Shown here: one piece after another, positions 39,839-50,400 of the stretch
Layout: each line of letters begins with the position of its first letter
How positions within the stretch are numbered: the first letter of the stretch is position 1
Virus record (IMG/VR): IMGVR_UViG_2630968832_000009
Location: 3,088-67,087 of that record
Length of the DNA stretch: 64,000 nt
Strand: one strand, 5' to 3'
Source: a virus
Lineage: Duplodnaviria; Caudoviricetes
Notes under the pieces: generated by a model
Database searches by the model: none
Told to the model about the DNA's origin: nothing
What the model saw: only the letters and a program-made list of their open reading frames with translations
Program-made: the position numbers and the translations under genes

Positions 39839-40087
39839 ATGGACAGAAAACCTAATCACGTGTGCAAATATTCTAAATGCCATCAGAAGTATTATGCGTG
39901 CAATCGATCTCTTGACGGATCAACCCATTGGAAATCAATGTGCTGTTGTCCAGAACACTACCAAAAATATATGCAAGAGGTCTTTGATGCGCGCAATCCA
40001 GTTTCTGTTAGCGAAAAGAATAAAAAGCAACGCGGACCCGCACATGATCGCGTCAACACAGATGCGGTACCTGCAAATAATGAATAA
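39839..40087 (+). CDS. Small Cys-rich protein
   Basis: C..SKC...YYAC...CCCPEHY. Confidence 0.65.
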   Translation: MDRKPNHVCKYSKCHQKYYACNRSLDGSTHWKSMCCCPEHYQKYMQEVFDARNPVSVSEKNKKQRGPAHDRVNTDAVPANNE

Positions 40088-40183
40088 GGAAAATAGGGGC
40101 GATTTCCTGCCCCTATTTTTTTACAACAAACAATTTCAGTTTCACGAGGTGCTATTACGTCAAACAATAGATCGAAATTTAAT

Positions 40184-40606
40184 GTGTCAGCAGATATTTC
40201 TAAACGCACATACAATGGCATCGTATTTGATTCCGTACTTGAAATGAAGTTCTTTAGAGATGTGGTTTTGCCCGGAATGGGAAGCGGCCAAATTGTAAGC
40301 TATGAACTACAAAAATCATATGAGTTGCAACCAAAATTCACCTATCAAGGAAAAACAATACGTCCTATTACTTACGTTGCAGATTTTGTTCTTGAGTTGC
40401 CAGACGGGCATAAATACGTGATTGACACGAAAGGGATGCCGGATTCAACGGCAAAATTAAAAGCTAAACTATTTCATTATAAGTTCCCCAATATAGATTA
40501 CTATTGGGTTTCTTACAGCAAAATTGATGGTGGCTGGGTGACTTATGAAAAACTCAAGGCCGCAAGAGCAAATCGAAAAAAATTAAAATCCGGAGGAAAA
40601 TGTTAG
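40184..40606 (+). CDS. DUF1064-family PD-(D/E)XK nuclease-like protein
   Basis: GIVFDSVLE...YELQPKF...ITYVADF...VIDTKG. Confidence 0.85.
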   Translation: MSADISKRTYNGIVFDSVLEMKFFRDVVLPGMGSGQIVSYELQKSYELQPKFTYQGKTIRPITYVADFVLELPDGHKYVIDTKGMPDSTAKLKAKLFHYKFPNIDYYWVSYSKIDGGWVTYEKLKAARANRKKLKSGGKC

Positions 40607-41277
40607 TGAGCAAGCAAACTGTTAATACTGTAAGCAAATTTATTGATAGCTGTGATAATAATTCAATTTATGAAATTAATATAGAAGGAACTGATGTAAA
40701 AATCAAGCGCAATCTTTCTCTTGAAGAACGCGCTAAGTTTGTAACACTAGCCGCTACATCATGCTTTGATGATGATGGGATGTATCTTCCCGAGCTGGAA
40801 TTATTCTTCTGGCGTTATGCCATTATAAAGTTTTTTACCAACTTGGAACTTCCTGCGGAGCAACATGATTTGGAAATATTTTTACTCAATTCAGACGCAT
40901 ACTGTGAGATTGAAGATCATATTGAGTGTGCCACTAGAGGAAACTTGGATTTTGCGGTTAGTGAAAAAATCAACTATTTGAAAAGTTATTATTTGTCACA
41001 GCTCGCCCCAAATCCATTGCAAGAAATCGCTCATAAAACAAACAACTTTTTGGATTCCTTGCTTGAACTTAACTCGGATGAAAAAATCGCTAACCTCAAA
41101 CTGATGCTGGAAAAGATGGATACTCTTAACAATAAACGTATCGCAGATACAGTCGCGGTGGAACAACATAGAAATGCTTCTTTATCCACTGTAAAAAACA
41201 CGCCTAAATCAAATAAAAAGGCAGATGCAGATAATAGACAAATTACTTTTGAAGAAATCCTTGCTTCAAAAAAGTAA
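40600..41277 (+). CDS. Hypothetical protein (possible tail chaperone)
   Basis: 225 aa, GGAGG RBS. Confidence 0.6.
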   Translation: MLVSKQTVNTVSKFIDSCDNNSIYEINIEGTDVKIKRNLSLEERAKFVTLAATSCFDDDGMYLPELELFFWRYAIIKFFTNLELPAEQHDLEIFLLNSDAYCEIEDHIECATRGNLDFAVSEKINYLKSYYLSQLAPNPLQEIAHKTNNFLDSLLELNSDEKIANLKLMLEKMDTLNNKRIADTVAVEQHRNASLSTVKNTPKSNKKADADNRQITFEEILASKK

Positions 41278-41300
41278 CTGCTAGTACAAAGTGATGTATT

Positions 41301-41786
41301 ATGGCTTATAAGAAATATTGTGACACATTATATGGTGAGGGCAATGGATTGGACAACGAGCTTCGCAAGCGAGTTGAACTAGCTATGCGTAATGAAGTTT
41401 TTAAGGAAGCCAAATCGGCGATATCCAACCATATTTCATCTGAAGTCTATGATGTTTATGATCCGGTTCTTTATGAGCGACGATATATTCTTGAAAAAGC
41501 CCCCATAAACAAAGATTTATATGATGACGGCGATATAACGCTGAACGTTTTTTCGAGTGCTGAGCCGGCTCCATCTGTGCGCAATGTACCATATAATGGC
41601 CCAAAAGGAACCTTTGCACAGTGGATAAACGATGGATCTGTTAACAACATTTTCAATGACACACACTATGTGTGGGAAGACGAACGACCTTTTTATAAAA
41701 GAGCTGTTGAAGAGCTTGAGGCAACTGAAAGTTATAAACAAGCTCTGGCTGACGGTTTGCTCAGACGGGGTGTCAATATCACGTAA
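41301..41786 (+). CDS. Tail completion (HK97 gp10-like) protein
   Basis: VYD.YDP..YER...RPF...A.E.L pattern. Confidence 0.55.
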   Translation: MAYKKYCDTLYGEGNGLDNELRKRVELAMRNEVFKEAKSAISNHISSEVYDVYDPVLYERRYILEKAPINKDLYDDGDITLNVFSSAEPAPSVRNVPYNGPKGTFAQWINDGSVNNIFNDTHYVWEDERPFYKRAVEELEATESYKQALADGLLRRGVNIT

Positions 41787-41974
41787 CAGCTAGCCGTAAG
41801 AAAGCGCTTTGCTTTCTGTGGAGCTGTTGGCCCTGTAATGTGTATTATTCAAAACATAAGCCAGTCACGGAATGCACCATGGCTGGCTTTCACTTTTATG
41901 CGGGTGCCACCTGCACTATTTTGAGGGGTGAGGCTCAATGCTGGAAAACAAAAGTTTTTTTCGTGGAGGACAAT

Positions 41975-42376
41975 ATGGAAAATTGCCCTCAACATGAAGC
42001 ACTTGAATTCAGAGTTAAGCAAGCAGAAAAGAAAATTGAACTAATTGATCATCAGCTCACCAACTTAGACAAAAATGAAGCGGTTTTTAATCAACGCATC
42101 GCAGATGCTTTGGAAAATTTGTCTGCTTTGCCAAACGCCATTGATCGTTTAAACAAATCGACTACAGAAATGAAATTTAGCATGGAAAAAATGCAAAACG
42201 AACTTACCAAAAACACTCAAAAAGTAGATCGGCTTGAAAACAAATTGGAAGCAATAGAAGAAAAAGGTAAGTTTGATATTTGGGGATGGATAAAGTCGAA
42301 CTGGCTTTTAATTGGAACGTCGCTACTGGTGATCGTTGCAGTAATTGGTGAACTAATCAAGAACATTATTAGGTAA
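41975..42376 (+). CDS. Coiled-coil protein with C-terminal TM helix (XhlA/BhlA holin-like)
   Basis: GGAGG RBS; heptads followed by WLLIGTSLLVIVAVIG. Confidence 0.6.
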   Translation: MENCPQHEALEFRVKQAEKKIELIDHQLTNLDKNEAVFNQRIADALENLSALPNAIDRLNKSTTEMKFSMEKMQNELTKNTQKVDRLENKLEAIEEKGKFDIWGWIKSNWLLIGTSLLVIVAVIGELIKNIIR

Positions 42377-42420
42377 ACAGGGTCCGCTCCCCTGTTTTTT
42401 GTATTGATAGAGGTGATAGT

Positions 42421-43743
42421 GTGGCAGACGAACTGGGTATAAAGCTTAAAGCAAGTCTTGGCGATTATAGAGAACTAATTAAGGGGATCTCAAATCTCGA
42501 AAAGGAAATAAAACCTATAAAAATCAAATTGGATTTGGGAAATGCCAGAGAACTTGTTGACATATTAAAAAAAGCAACCAATCTAATGCAAGGAACCGGT
42601 TCCAGTTCCGCACATGCTTCTGTTGTCCAAACTATCAACTCAAACGACATTTCCCAGTCAATAAATCTACTAACGAGATATTCTGTTCTGTTGGAGAAGA
42701 TCAAATCGGCAAAATATGATGGCACTGGATTTGATTTTGGAAAATTAAATTTATCTGAACTGGAAAAATACGCCTCTTTACTGAAATCCGCACTCTCAAA
42801 CGGCGAAATTTCTAGAGATGAATTAAATAAATTCAAAATTGACCTTATATCTGCCGAGGGTGTAATCAGACAATTTGACGTAGAACTGGCCAACATGCGT
42901 GGCGACGAGAAATTTGCAAAAGATATTCAAAATGCAACAGTGCAGCTTCAGAACTTGCAGAATCAGATGCTTTCTTATTTGAAGAACACGCCCAATCTGT
43001 CGGCTTCTACGCGCAATGCTATTCAAAGCAGATATGATAACATCACACAAATAATAAACAGCGGGACAGCAACTGATAAAAACGTTTTGGACGCACGTGA
43101 CTTTTTCAGTGCAATACAGCGTGATGCGAAAATAGCTGGTGAAGAGGTTGAATCCTTCGGTGGTAAAATTCGCAGACTGTTTAGAGAGCATTTCAATACA
43201 GCAGTCGCGATGGCGGGCGTACATCTTCTTCAAACTGCTATGCGTGAATTATGGCAGAATGTCCAAGATGTAGATGCTGCGATGACCGAATTGAAAAAGG
43301 TCACTGATCTTTCTGACTCTAGCGCTTTGGAGTTCATGGATAAAGCTGCCGTCAAAGCAAAAGAGCTTGGCGCAAGCATGAGCGGATATATCAATTCTGT
43401 TGCAGACTGGAGCCGCCTCGGATATAAACTTGACGATGCGGAAATGCTTGCCGATGCGAGTCAGCTTTATTTGAATGTAGGCGATGATGTGGATGACATA
43501 AATGAATCCACATCTACACTTATTAGTACGGTTCGCGCCTTTAAGCTGGAAGCAAGCGATGCGGCGGGCGTGGTTGACAAACTGAATGAAGTTTCTAACA
43601 ATTACGCCACAAGTGCAGGAGATATTGGTGCGGCGCTTGCACGTTCCAGTGCGGCGTTGTTTGCAGGTGGAAACAGTCTTGAAGAAAGTATCGCGCTGAT
43701 TACAGCGGCACAAAGTACCATTCAAGACGCCGAAAAAGTGGGT
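42421..43743 (+). CDS. Tape measure protein, exon 1
   Basis: TP901-type core: DAAMTELKKVT, VDKLNEVSN, SLEESIALITA; ends EKVG at GGT. Confidence 0.9.
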
Positions 43744-45042
43744 GGACATATGCGCCCCACTGCTTAGTAATAAGCAGATGAAAAAATAGCTATATCGGTT
43801 AAACCCCAGGGATGGGCAAGACCGAGGTAAGACTTTATGAACGGGTTATTTGTGGCGGCAGTTAGGAGTTGTCGTCGCAGAAAGGGTATACTAAATGCCA
43901 GCGAAAGGGCAAAGAAATGGATATACAATAAATTGTGAGTGGTGTGGAAAAGAGATTTATAAAACCAAAACTCAATATAACAGAAACAAACATCATTTTT
44001 GTTCAAACAGTTGCCAAATGAAATGGAACCATTCACAAGTATATGAAATGCGCCCCTGTGAACTTTGTGGGATAAAATTTGAAGTAAGAAAGACTTCCAC
44101 ACAAAAATTATGTTCTGTAGGATGTCAGAAGAAATGGCAAAAGACGAGAACGGGATTTTTGAATCCTAAATTTGAGGGTGGAGCCAAGCTGTGCGCGTGG
44201 TGCGGAAAGAAGTACATTGTAGGAAAATATAAGATGAATAATGAAAGCAACCGCTTTTGCTGTATAGGATGTAAAAGAGCGTGGTTTGCTAATGTATGGA
44301 GTCAACAGGATAGTTGGAAAGAAGAATCAAGAAAAAGAGCGGCCACATTGTTAAAGAACAATAAAGTTATAACGAATACATCCATTCAAATAATGGTAAA
44401 TCAAATACTTGACAGTATGAAAATTTCATATGAAAATGAAAAAGCATTTGATTTCTATTCCGTTGACAATTATTTACTCGAAAGCAACTTGATTATAGAA
44501 GTAATGGGCGATTATTGGCACTGTTCCCCATTAAAGTTTTTTAAAGTTGAATCTCCTATACACAGAAGAAGTGTTAGAAGAGATAAAGCCAAACGTACTT
44601 TTATACTCAATAAATATGGCATAAAAATATTAAACCTGTGGGAATACGACATTCTAAATCGCACAGAAGTTTGTCGATATTTAATTGAAAAGTACATAAC
44701 TGCGCATGGCAAGATAGAAAACTATAATTCTTTCAATTACACTTTATATGAATGTAATAACCTTATATTAAACAGGGATATTATGTATCCTTATTTTGAA
44801 GAAAATAGGCTACAGTTAGTTTCCTAACGACTGAACTGGAGCTCGTTCATAAAGAAACCGTAGAGACTGTAATATTTTTCGCGGTAACGCGAAAGGTTTC
44901 GCTATTCCCCCTAAAGTTGGGGTGAAGATACAGTCCGATCTCACGATATAATCCTGATTTTTGAAACGTGAGAGCATGGCCGAAAGACCATGCCGCCGCT
45001 TCCACAGCGGTCAGTAGCCATGGCGGCGAAAGTAACAGAATG
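43744..45042 (+). mobile_element. Group I intron 1 (IA-like) with homing endonuclease
   Basis: P3 AATAGC/GCTATT, P4 TCGGT/ACCGA, P7 GACTGT (44865-44870)/ACAGTC (44930-44935), P7.1 hairpin; U| 5' site and G| 3' site; splicing gives EKVG|TALKTISM. Confidence 0.9.
43895..44827 (+). CDS. Intron-encoded homing endonuclease (Zn-finger repeats + Vsr/DUF559 EDxHD-like nuclease)
   Basis: Three CxxC...CxxxC repeats; VDNY...IIEVMGDYWH...RDKAK...LWEYDI. Confidence 0.85.
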   Translation: MPAKGQRNGYTINCEWCGKEIYKTKTQYNRNKHHFCSNSCQMKWNHSQVYEMRPCELCGIKFEVRKTSTQKLCSVGCQKKWQKTRTGFLNPKFEGGAKLCAWCGKKYIVGKYKMNNESNRFCCIGCKRAWFANVWSQQDSWKEESRKRAATLLKNNKVITNTSIQIMVNQILDSMKISYENEKAFDFYSVDNYLLESNLIIEVMGDYWHCSPLKFFKVESPIHRRSVRRDKAKRTFILNKYGIKILNLWEYDILNRTEVCRYLIEKYITAHGKIENYNSFNYTLYECNNLILNRDIMYPYFEENRLQLVS

Positions 45043-45627
45043 ACAGCCCTAAAAACAATTTCCATGTACCTGCGTTCCACCAAGACAGAGTTGGAAGCAG
45101 CCGGTGAATCGACAGAAGGCATGGCCGATTCAGTATCGAAGTTGCGTGAAGAACTGCTTGCTCTGACGCATGGGAAAGTTGACATTCAACTGGATGAGGA
45201 CAGTTATAAATCCACATATCAAATCCTGAAGGAAATGGCCGGCGCATGGCAGGATATGACCGACATGGAGCGTGCTGCTGCCACGGAACTCATGGGTGGT
45301 AAGCGAAACAGCAACGTAATAAGTGCCCTGATTTCAGACTTCAGCATCGCAGAAAACTCTTTGCAAACGGCGCTGAACAGCACGGGGAGCGCTGCAAAAG
45401 AAAACGAGAAATACCTTGATAGCATCGCAGGTAAACTCTCGCAGTTCGAAGCACAATTCGAATCTCTTTCTACATCTGTAGTAGATAGCGGTCTTCCAAA
45501 GTTCTTTATTGAATTAGGAACCAACGTACTATCTGCAACAGAAGGGATTATTAACTTCATTGACGTATTTCCCGCGTTAATGGGGTTACTTAGTGGTGGG
45601 CTATCTCTCACTGGGCAAAAGGCCGGT
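45043..45627 (+). CDS. Tape measure protein, exon 2
   Basis: TALKTISMYLR...YKSTYQILKE...GSAAKENEKYLDSI. Confidence 0.9.
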
Positions 45628-46029
45628 AAAAGTAATATGCCCTCTTACGCCAGTTGTGATTTAATTGCGGCGTAGGATGCAACCTTTTGTTTCGTATAGG
45701 ACTCAAATTGCTGGGATGGGCTAAAGATCATCTGCTACAATAGCGCAGAAATTACGCTATGAACGAGCCGAAAGGCGGAAACAAGTGATGATATTCGTAT
45801 ATGCTGAGATAAAAGCATACATATAAAACGTATGTGCTAAGTACGATAGATAAAATGTCCTATCAGCAGCCACATATCCAAAGGCCGCAAGTTTCCGGAG
45901 TGTGTGGCCGGAGCGGAAACTGGATTTATGGTTCAACGACTGGAAGAGTCGGGTGTCACAACGCCATGAAGTACAGTCTGAACATCCGGAGAAAAACCGG
46001 AGTGGTCATAAAAAGTTTAACAAAAAAGC

Positions 46030-46072
46030 ACAAAACCACCCACGATAAATGTGAAGTGTGGGTGGTCTTTTT
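46030..46072. terminator. Hairpin terminating the antisense cassette
   Basis: AAAACCACCCAC...GTGGGTGGTCTTTT flanked by A and T runs. Confidence 0.6.
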
Positions 46073-46126
46073 GCTATTGCATTGGCAAACATTTTTCTTT
46101 TACTTTTTCAGCATTCTTGGATGTTC

Positions 46127-46924
46127 TTAGCTTTTGGGGGACCACAAACCACATTCTTGCAGTTTGTCCCAGTTTGCAGATAATACCAATACAGAATTAT
46201 TGAAATCAACGCGCCTACGTTTTTTGCAGATGAGATCGCTATCCAGCATTTGATTTAACGCTTGGATTATAATTGCCTCAGAAACCTCATTCCGCTGTGA
46301 AACATATCTTACAGTATTCATGAACGTTACAATGACTTCCGGATGTTTTGCTGCCCAGTCCAAACGCTCAATAATCATTGGATAATATACAGAAGGCTTA
46401 ATATCCTCTGTCGGAACAGAATAATGCTCTAGTGCTGCATCACATAACTGTTTTGAGCAGCATCCCTTAACACCATATTGGATAACCTTTTTATCACATT
46501 TGTTGCGAAGGAATTTGACGACGCTTTGAAAGTGGCCATCCCCAGTGAACAAAACAAAGTATTTGACATCTGGATACTCCATTGCCTTGCGGTAAATATA
46601 ATCGAGCATCACAAAATCCGACATGTCCTTTTTGTTTTTTCCCGCAAAATTGCCAGTCTCGATAATAGAATCACTTACTGTACGAATGTGCCCAGGTTCA
46701 TCTTTAAGTACAGGTATGCCCGTAAAATCGGCAAAAAAGAATGCTTCTTCTACTTGAAATCGAGTGCAAATGCTATCATACCATTCCTTTATATTGGGCT
46801 TGAGCCCAAACAAATTTTTGTAGCCAAAAAACCAATGTTCGTAATCGACAAAAACTAAAGCTCTTTCTTTTTGTGGTTTTCTAAATCGATTCAGTATACG
46901 CTCTCCAATATTAGAAATATCCAT
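46127..46924 (-). CDS. NYN-domain (LabA/DUF88, PIN-like) protein with C-terminal winged helix
   Basis: VFVDYEH, KKDMSDFVMLD, LFTGDGHF, LCDAA acidic motifs; GGGGAG RBS. Confidence 0.9.
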   Translation of the reverse strand: MDISNIGERILNRFRKPQKERALVFVDYEHWFFGYKNLFGLKPNIKEWYDSICTRFQVEEAFFFADFTGIPVLKDEPGHIRTVSDSIIETGNFAGKNKKDMSDFVMLDYIYRKAMEYPDVKYFVLFTGDGHFQSVVKFLRNKCDKKVIQYGVKGCCSKQLCDAALEHYSVPTEDIKPSVYYPMIIERLDWAAKHPEVIVTFMNTVRYVSQRNEVSEAIIIQALNQMLDSDLICKKRRRVDFNNSVLVLSANWDKLQECGLWSPKS

Positions 46925-47129
46925 ATCTTCTCCCCTTTTTTTACATATTCAAGCCTATTTAGTATAGCACTGATAAAGAAGCTACTCAATGGCTTTGTAT
47001 CCAGCCGGATTATTTCAGGCAAAGAGACAAGTTGATCTGTCATTTGGAAGATTCTAACCAATACGCAACCGTACACTCGGCTCATCACTCGCCATCTCTA
47101 GTGGTATTATTCGGGTCTAAACTCCTTGT

Positions 47130-47300
47130 TCAATTATATATTTCATCATCTTCTGGATACTCAGCTTCAATAAAGCTCTCCTCGCTTAAAAACTCGTCTT
47201 CGCTGAGGCCGCCATTTTCTTTAAAGATGTCATCAAACGTCTGCTTGTAATGGACATACCCATCTAATCCATCGCCAAAGTACCCATAGTCTTTTGACAT
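47130..47300 (-). CDS. 56-aa acidic micro-protein with GxGLDGYVHYKQ motif
   Basis: MSKDYGYFGDGLDGYVHYKQTFDDIFKENGGLSEDEFLSEESFIEAEYPEDDEIYN; AGGGGG RBS. Confidence 0.7.
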   Translation of the reverse strand: MSKDYGYFGDGLDGYVHYKQTFDDIFKENGGLSEDEFLSEESFIEAEYPEDDEIYN

Positions 47301-47445
47301 AACACACATCCCCCTACTTGCGCTTATTCCAACTCATTTCAATCGCTCAACAAGCGCTACTATTATTGGTGCTTTTATAATACCACAAAATCAACAAAAT
47401 GACCACATTATAGAGATCACACACTATCTATAGTGAACATTATTG

Positions 47446-50400
47446 ATATTTACGCTGTTTGATTTTGATGTAGAACAGGCCAAAAATGGTATTTTAGACT
47501 TCGGAGAATCGATTAGCTTTCTTGGCAAATCTCTAAGTTCTATAAAAGATGATTTCTCTGGGAACGGTTTCTCTGGATTTGTAAATGGGCTAAAAACACT
47601 ATTTGTATCTCAAAGTAAAAGGGATGCGTCACTCCATCTTGAAACAGACATAAAAGCTTTATCTGAATATGTTGATGCGGTACAAAACGGCACTAATGCT
47701 GGCAAGGCGTTTGACGACACTATGAAAAACGCCTCAACAACTGCGATAAACTATGCCAGATCAACCGATGCACCCAAAGTAAGCGTTCAAGAATTTACAG
47801 CAATGCAAAAGGCAGCAACGCTAAGCACTATCGGTTTGAAAGCAGCTACTGTTGCACTGAACATGGCTATTTCAATGGGAATTGGGGTTGCCATCAATTT
47901 TGCAATCAGCGCCCTGGATGATTACATCCATCGCCATGAACGTCTTATTGAAGCTGCAGAAAAAGAGGCCAGCGATTACAATTCGCTTAGCAGTGAATTG
48001 AAGTCTTTGGATGACCAAATGGAAAGCAACTCCGATCGGATTAAGGAATTGCAAAGTTTGGGAACATTGACGTTTGTTGAACAGGAAGAGCTTGATAATT
48101 TACAGGAAGCAAATGAAAAACTCGAAACGCAGCTTAACTTAAAAAATGCATTAGCCAATATTGAATATGGTGAAGCGCGCGACGCTGCAATTAAAGTAAT
48201 TGATGATAAAAGCGAAGTTGTTCAAGAATTTGATTCTAACGGGCTTTATATTGGTAGTTACGATGCTACGCGTTCTGAAAAAATCAAAGCTAATGTCTCT
48301 GATTTGGACCATATTGATTCCGAGATTCAAAGGTATCTTTCCGAATACGTAGAAGCTTTGAAAGCCAATTTTATTGGCGACTTTGAGTTCTCAACCAAAG
48401 AAGATTATGAAGAACAAATCAAAGAGTTGCGCGAGGGCAGGCAGCTTGTTTTAGACGAAACTCTTAAGCTACAAGCAGCACTGCAGGAACAAGCGGATGT
48501 TCTTATCGGAGATGACGATGCAAGTCGTAAATACCGCGATGAAGTAAAACAGAGCGGTATCATATTGGATGATTATCTGGGGAATAGCGCGACACAGAAA
48601 ACAAATGACTTCAACTCTGTCTTCGACAACAACCAATTTGCTAAAGAGAAAGAGCAACTAGAGGATCTCGCCAAACAGGGAAAGCTTACTGCGGATGTAT
48701 TCGATAATACTGATGCATATGATTCGTTAGTAGAGGCACTTGAAGTTCTTGGCATCTCAATCGAAGATATCGCCAATCAGTTCAATGCTTTGGCCGAATC
48801 TGAAGCCGGAGCTCAGGAATCATTTGATCCTGAAAAATTCGAAAGTCTCAATTCAGAGTTTGGTGACCAGATTTCAAATGTTGACGCATTGTATAACGGC
48901 TATCAATCGCTTACAACGGCGATAGATGAATACAATACGTACGGTTATATGACGGCAGAAACACTGAGTTCTCTTGCCAATTCTGGAATGATTCAGTATT
49001 TGGAGGCTACGGCAACTGGTCTCTCAATTAATACTGATGCGTTGCTGCAAAATGCTGAAGCTGCCAAGGTATCAGCAATTAACGCTCTTCAAAATTCTGT
49101 TGCTCAACAATTGGTAGCGCTTGCGGCTGGTGACGTAGCCATTGCTGCTCCGGGTGCCGGTGACGCTATCGTGGCAGCTGGCGAAATGGCCGCTGCATCT
49201 GCAGCTGGATTTAAAACGGCTTCTGCGGCTGCGGCCGAAACAACAATTTTTCTTGAAGGCGTTCGAGACGCACAAGCCGGAAATGCTGTTGACCCTGACG
49301 CTTATCGTGATCGTGCAGATCAATTGATCGCCAACGCTCAGGCTGTTGCCGACTCTATCGCCAAAATAGATATTGCGTCTGCTGGATATCAAAAAGCTAT
49401 GGCGGGCAATGCCAAATCTACCGGCTCGGCTAAAAGCGCAGCGGAGGAATATGTAGAGTCGCTAAAAAAAGAGAAAGAGGCTTTACAGGATGTAAAGAAT
49501 GAGCTGGACGATCAAAAAGATGCCTATGATTCTGTTATCCGCGCTGTCCAGAAAGCACTAGACAAGGAAATCGAAGCTCTTGAAAAGCAAAAAGATGCTT
49601 TATCGGATCCTGATATTGAAGGTTCGTACGGCAACCGTATCAACCTCATCCAGATGGAGATTGATGCGCTCAATAATTTAAGGGACGCTAAAGAGCGCGA
49701 AATAGCCGTAGAAAAAGCCAAGGCCGAACTTGAACGGTTGAAGGACCAGAAAACGCTACGTGTATACATGGAAGGCGAAGGCTTTGTTTGGCGCACTGAT
49801 GAATCTGCCATTCGTGATGCACAGGAAGCCCTTGATAAGGCCGAACTGGATAAACAAATTTCTGATCTTGAGGATGCCAAAGAAAAGCTTGAAGATATGC
49901 TTGAACAAGAGGAAGAAGCTCTTGACAAAAACATTGAAAAGCTTCAAGAATATAAAGATAAATGGGGCGAAATCGCCGATGCTTATCAAGACGAGCAAGA
50001 TAGGCTTATGGCCGCTCAGGTGCTTGGGCAAAACTGGGAAGTTGAAATTCTGAATGGTCGAATTGAGACGCTCACTTCTTTTCGTGACAAATATATTTCA
50101 ATCATGGCTGAAATCGCAGCAAAGGTTGAAGAAATCGAAGCCTTGGAGCGCCGTATTAAAGAGGCGCAAAACAGCATCGGCTCTTCTAGTGGAAACTCTG
50201 GCGGTGGCGGCAGTGGGGCTACAAATGCGTCTTTACCACGGTATCGCGTCGTAAACACTAGGTATGGAACAGTTTCCCGTTCCGGATTTACCACACAATC
50301 TGCGGCCCAAGAATATATTAAAACTCTGGGCGCATCACAAGGATTTTTCCGCATTGAGAAATATGCCAACGGCACTATGTTCTCCCCTACGACGCTTGCT

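Larger units (their letters stand above)
45628..47445 (+). mobile_element. Group I intron 2 with antisense cargo cassette
   Basis: P AAATTGCTGGGA 45705, Q ATCAGCAGCC 45862, R GGTTCAACGACTG 45930, S AAGTACAGTCT 45969, P3 GACTC/GAGTC; IGS GTAATATGCC pairs both exons; splicing gives QKAG|IFTLF. Confidence 0.9.

Noticed and set aside
44968-45042. ORF-track N-terminus MRAWPKDH... and C-termini GHMRPTA / KSNMPSY...
   Set aside because: These stretches are intron sequence read in frame with the exons.
43744-47445. Inteins or group II introns
   Set aside because: In-frame stops exclude inteins; there is no GUGCG start, domain V or RT, whereas group I P3/P4/P7 elements are present.
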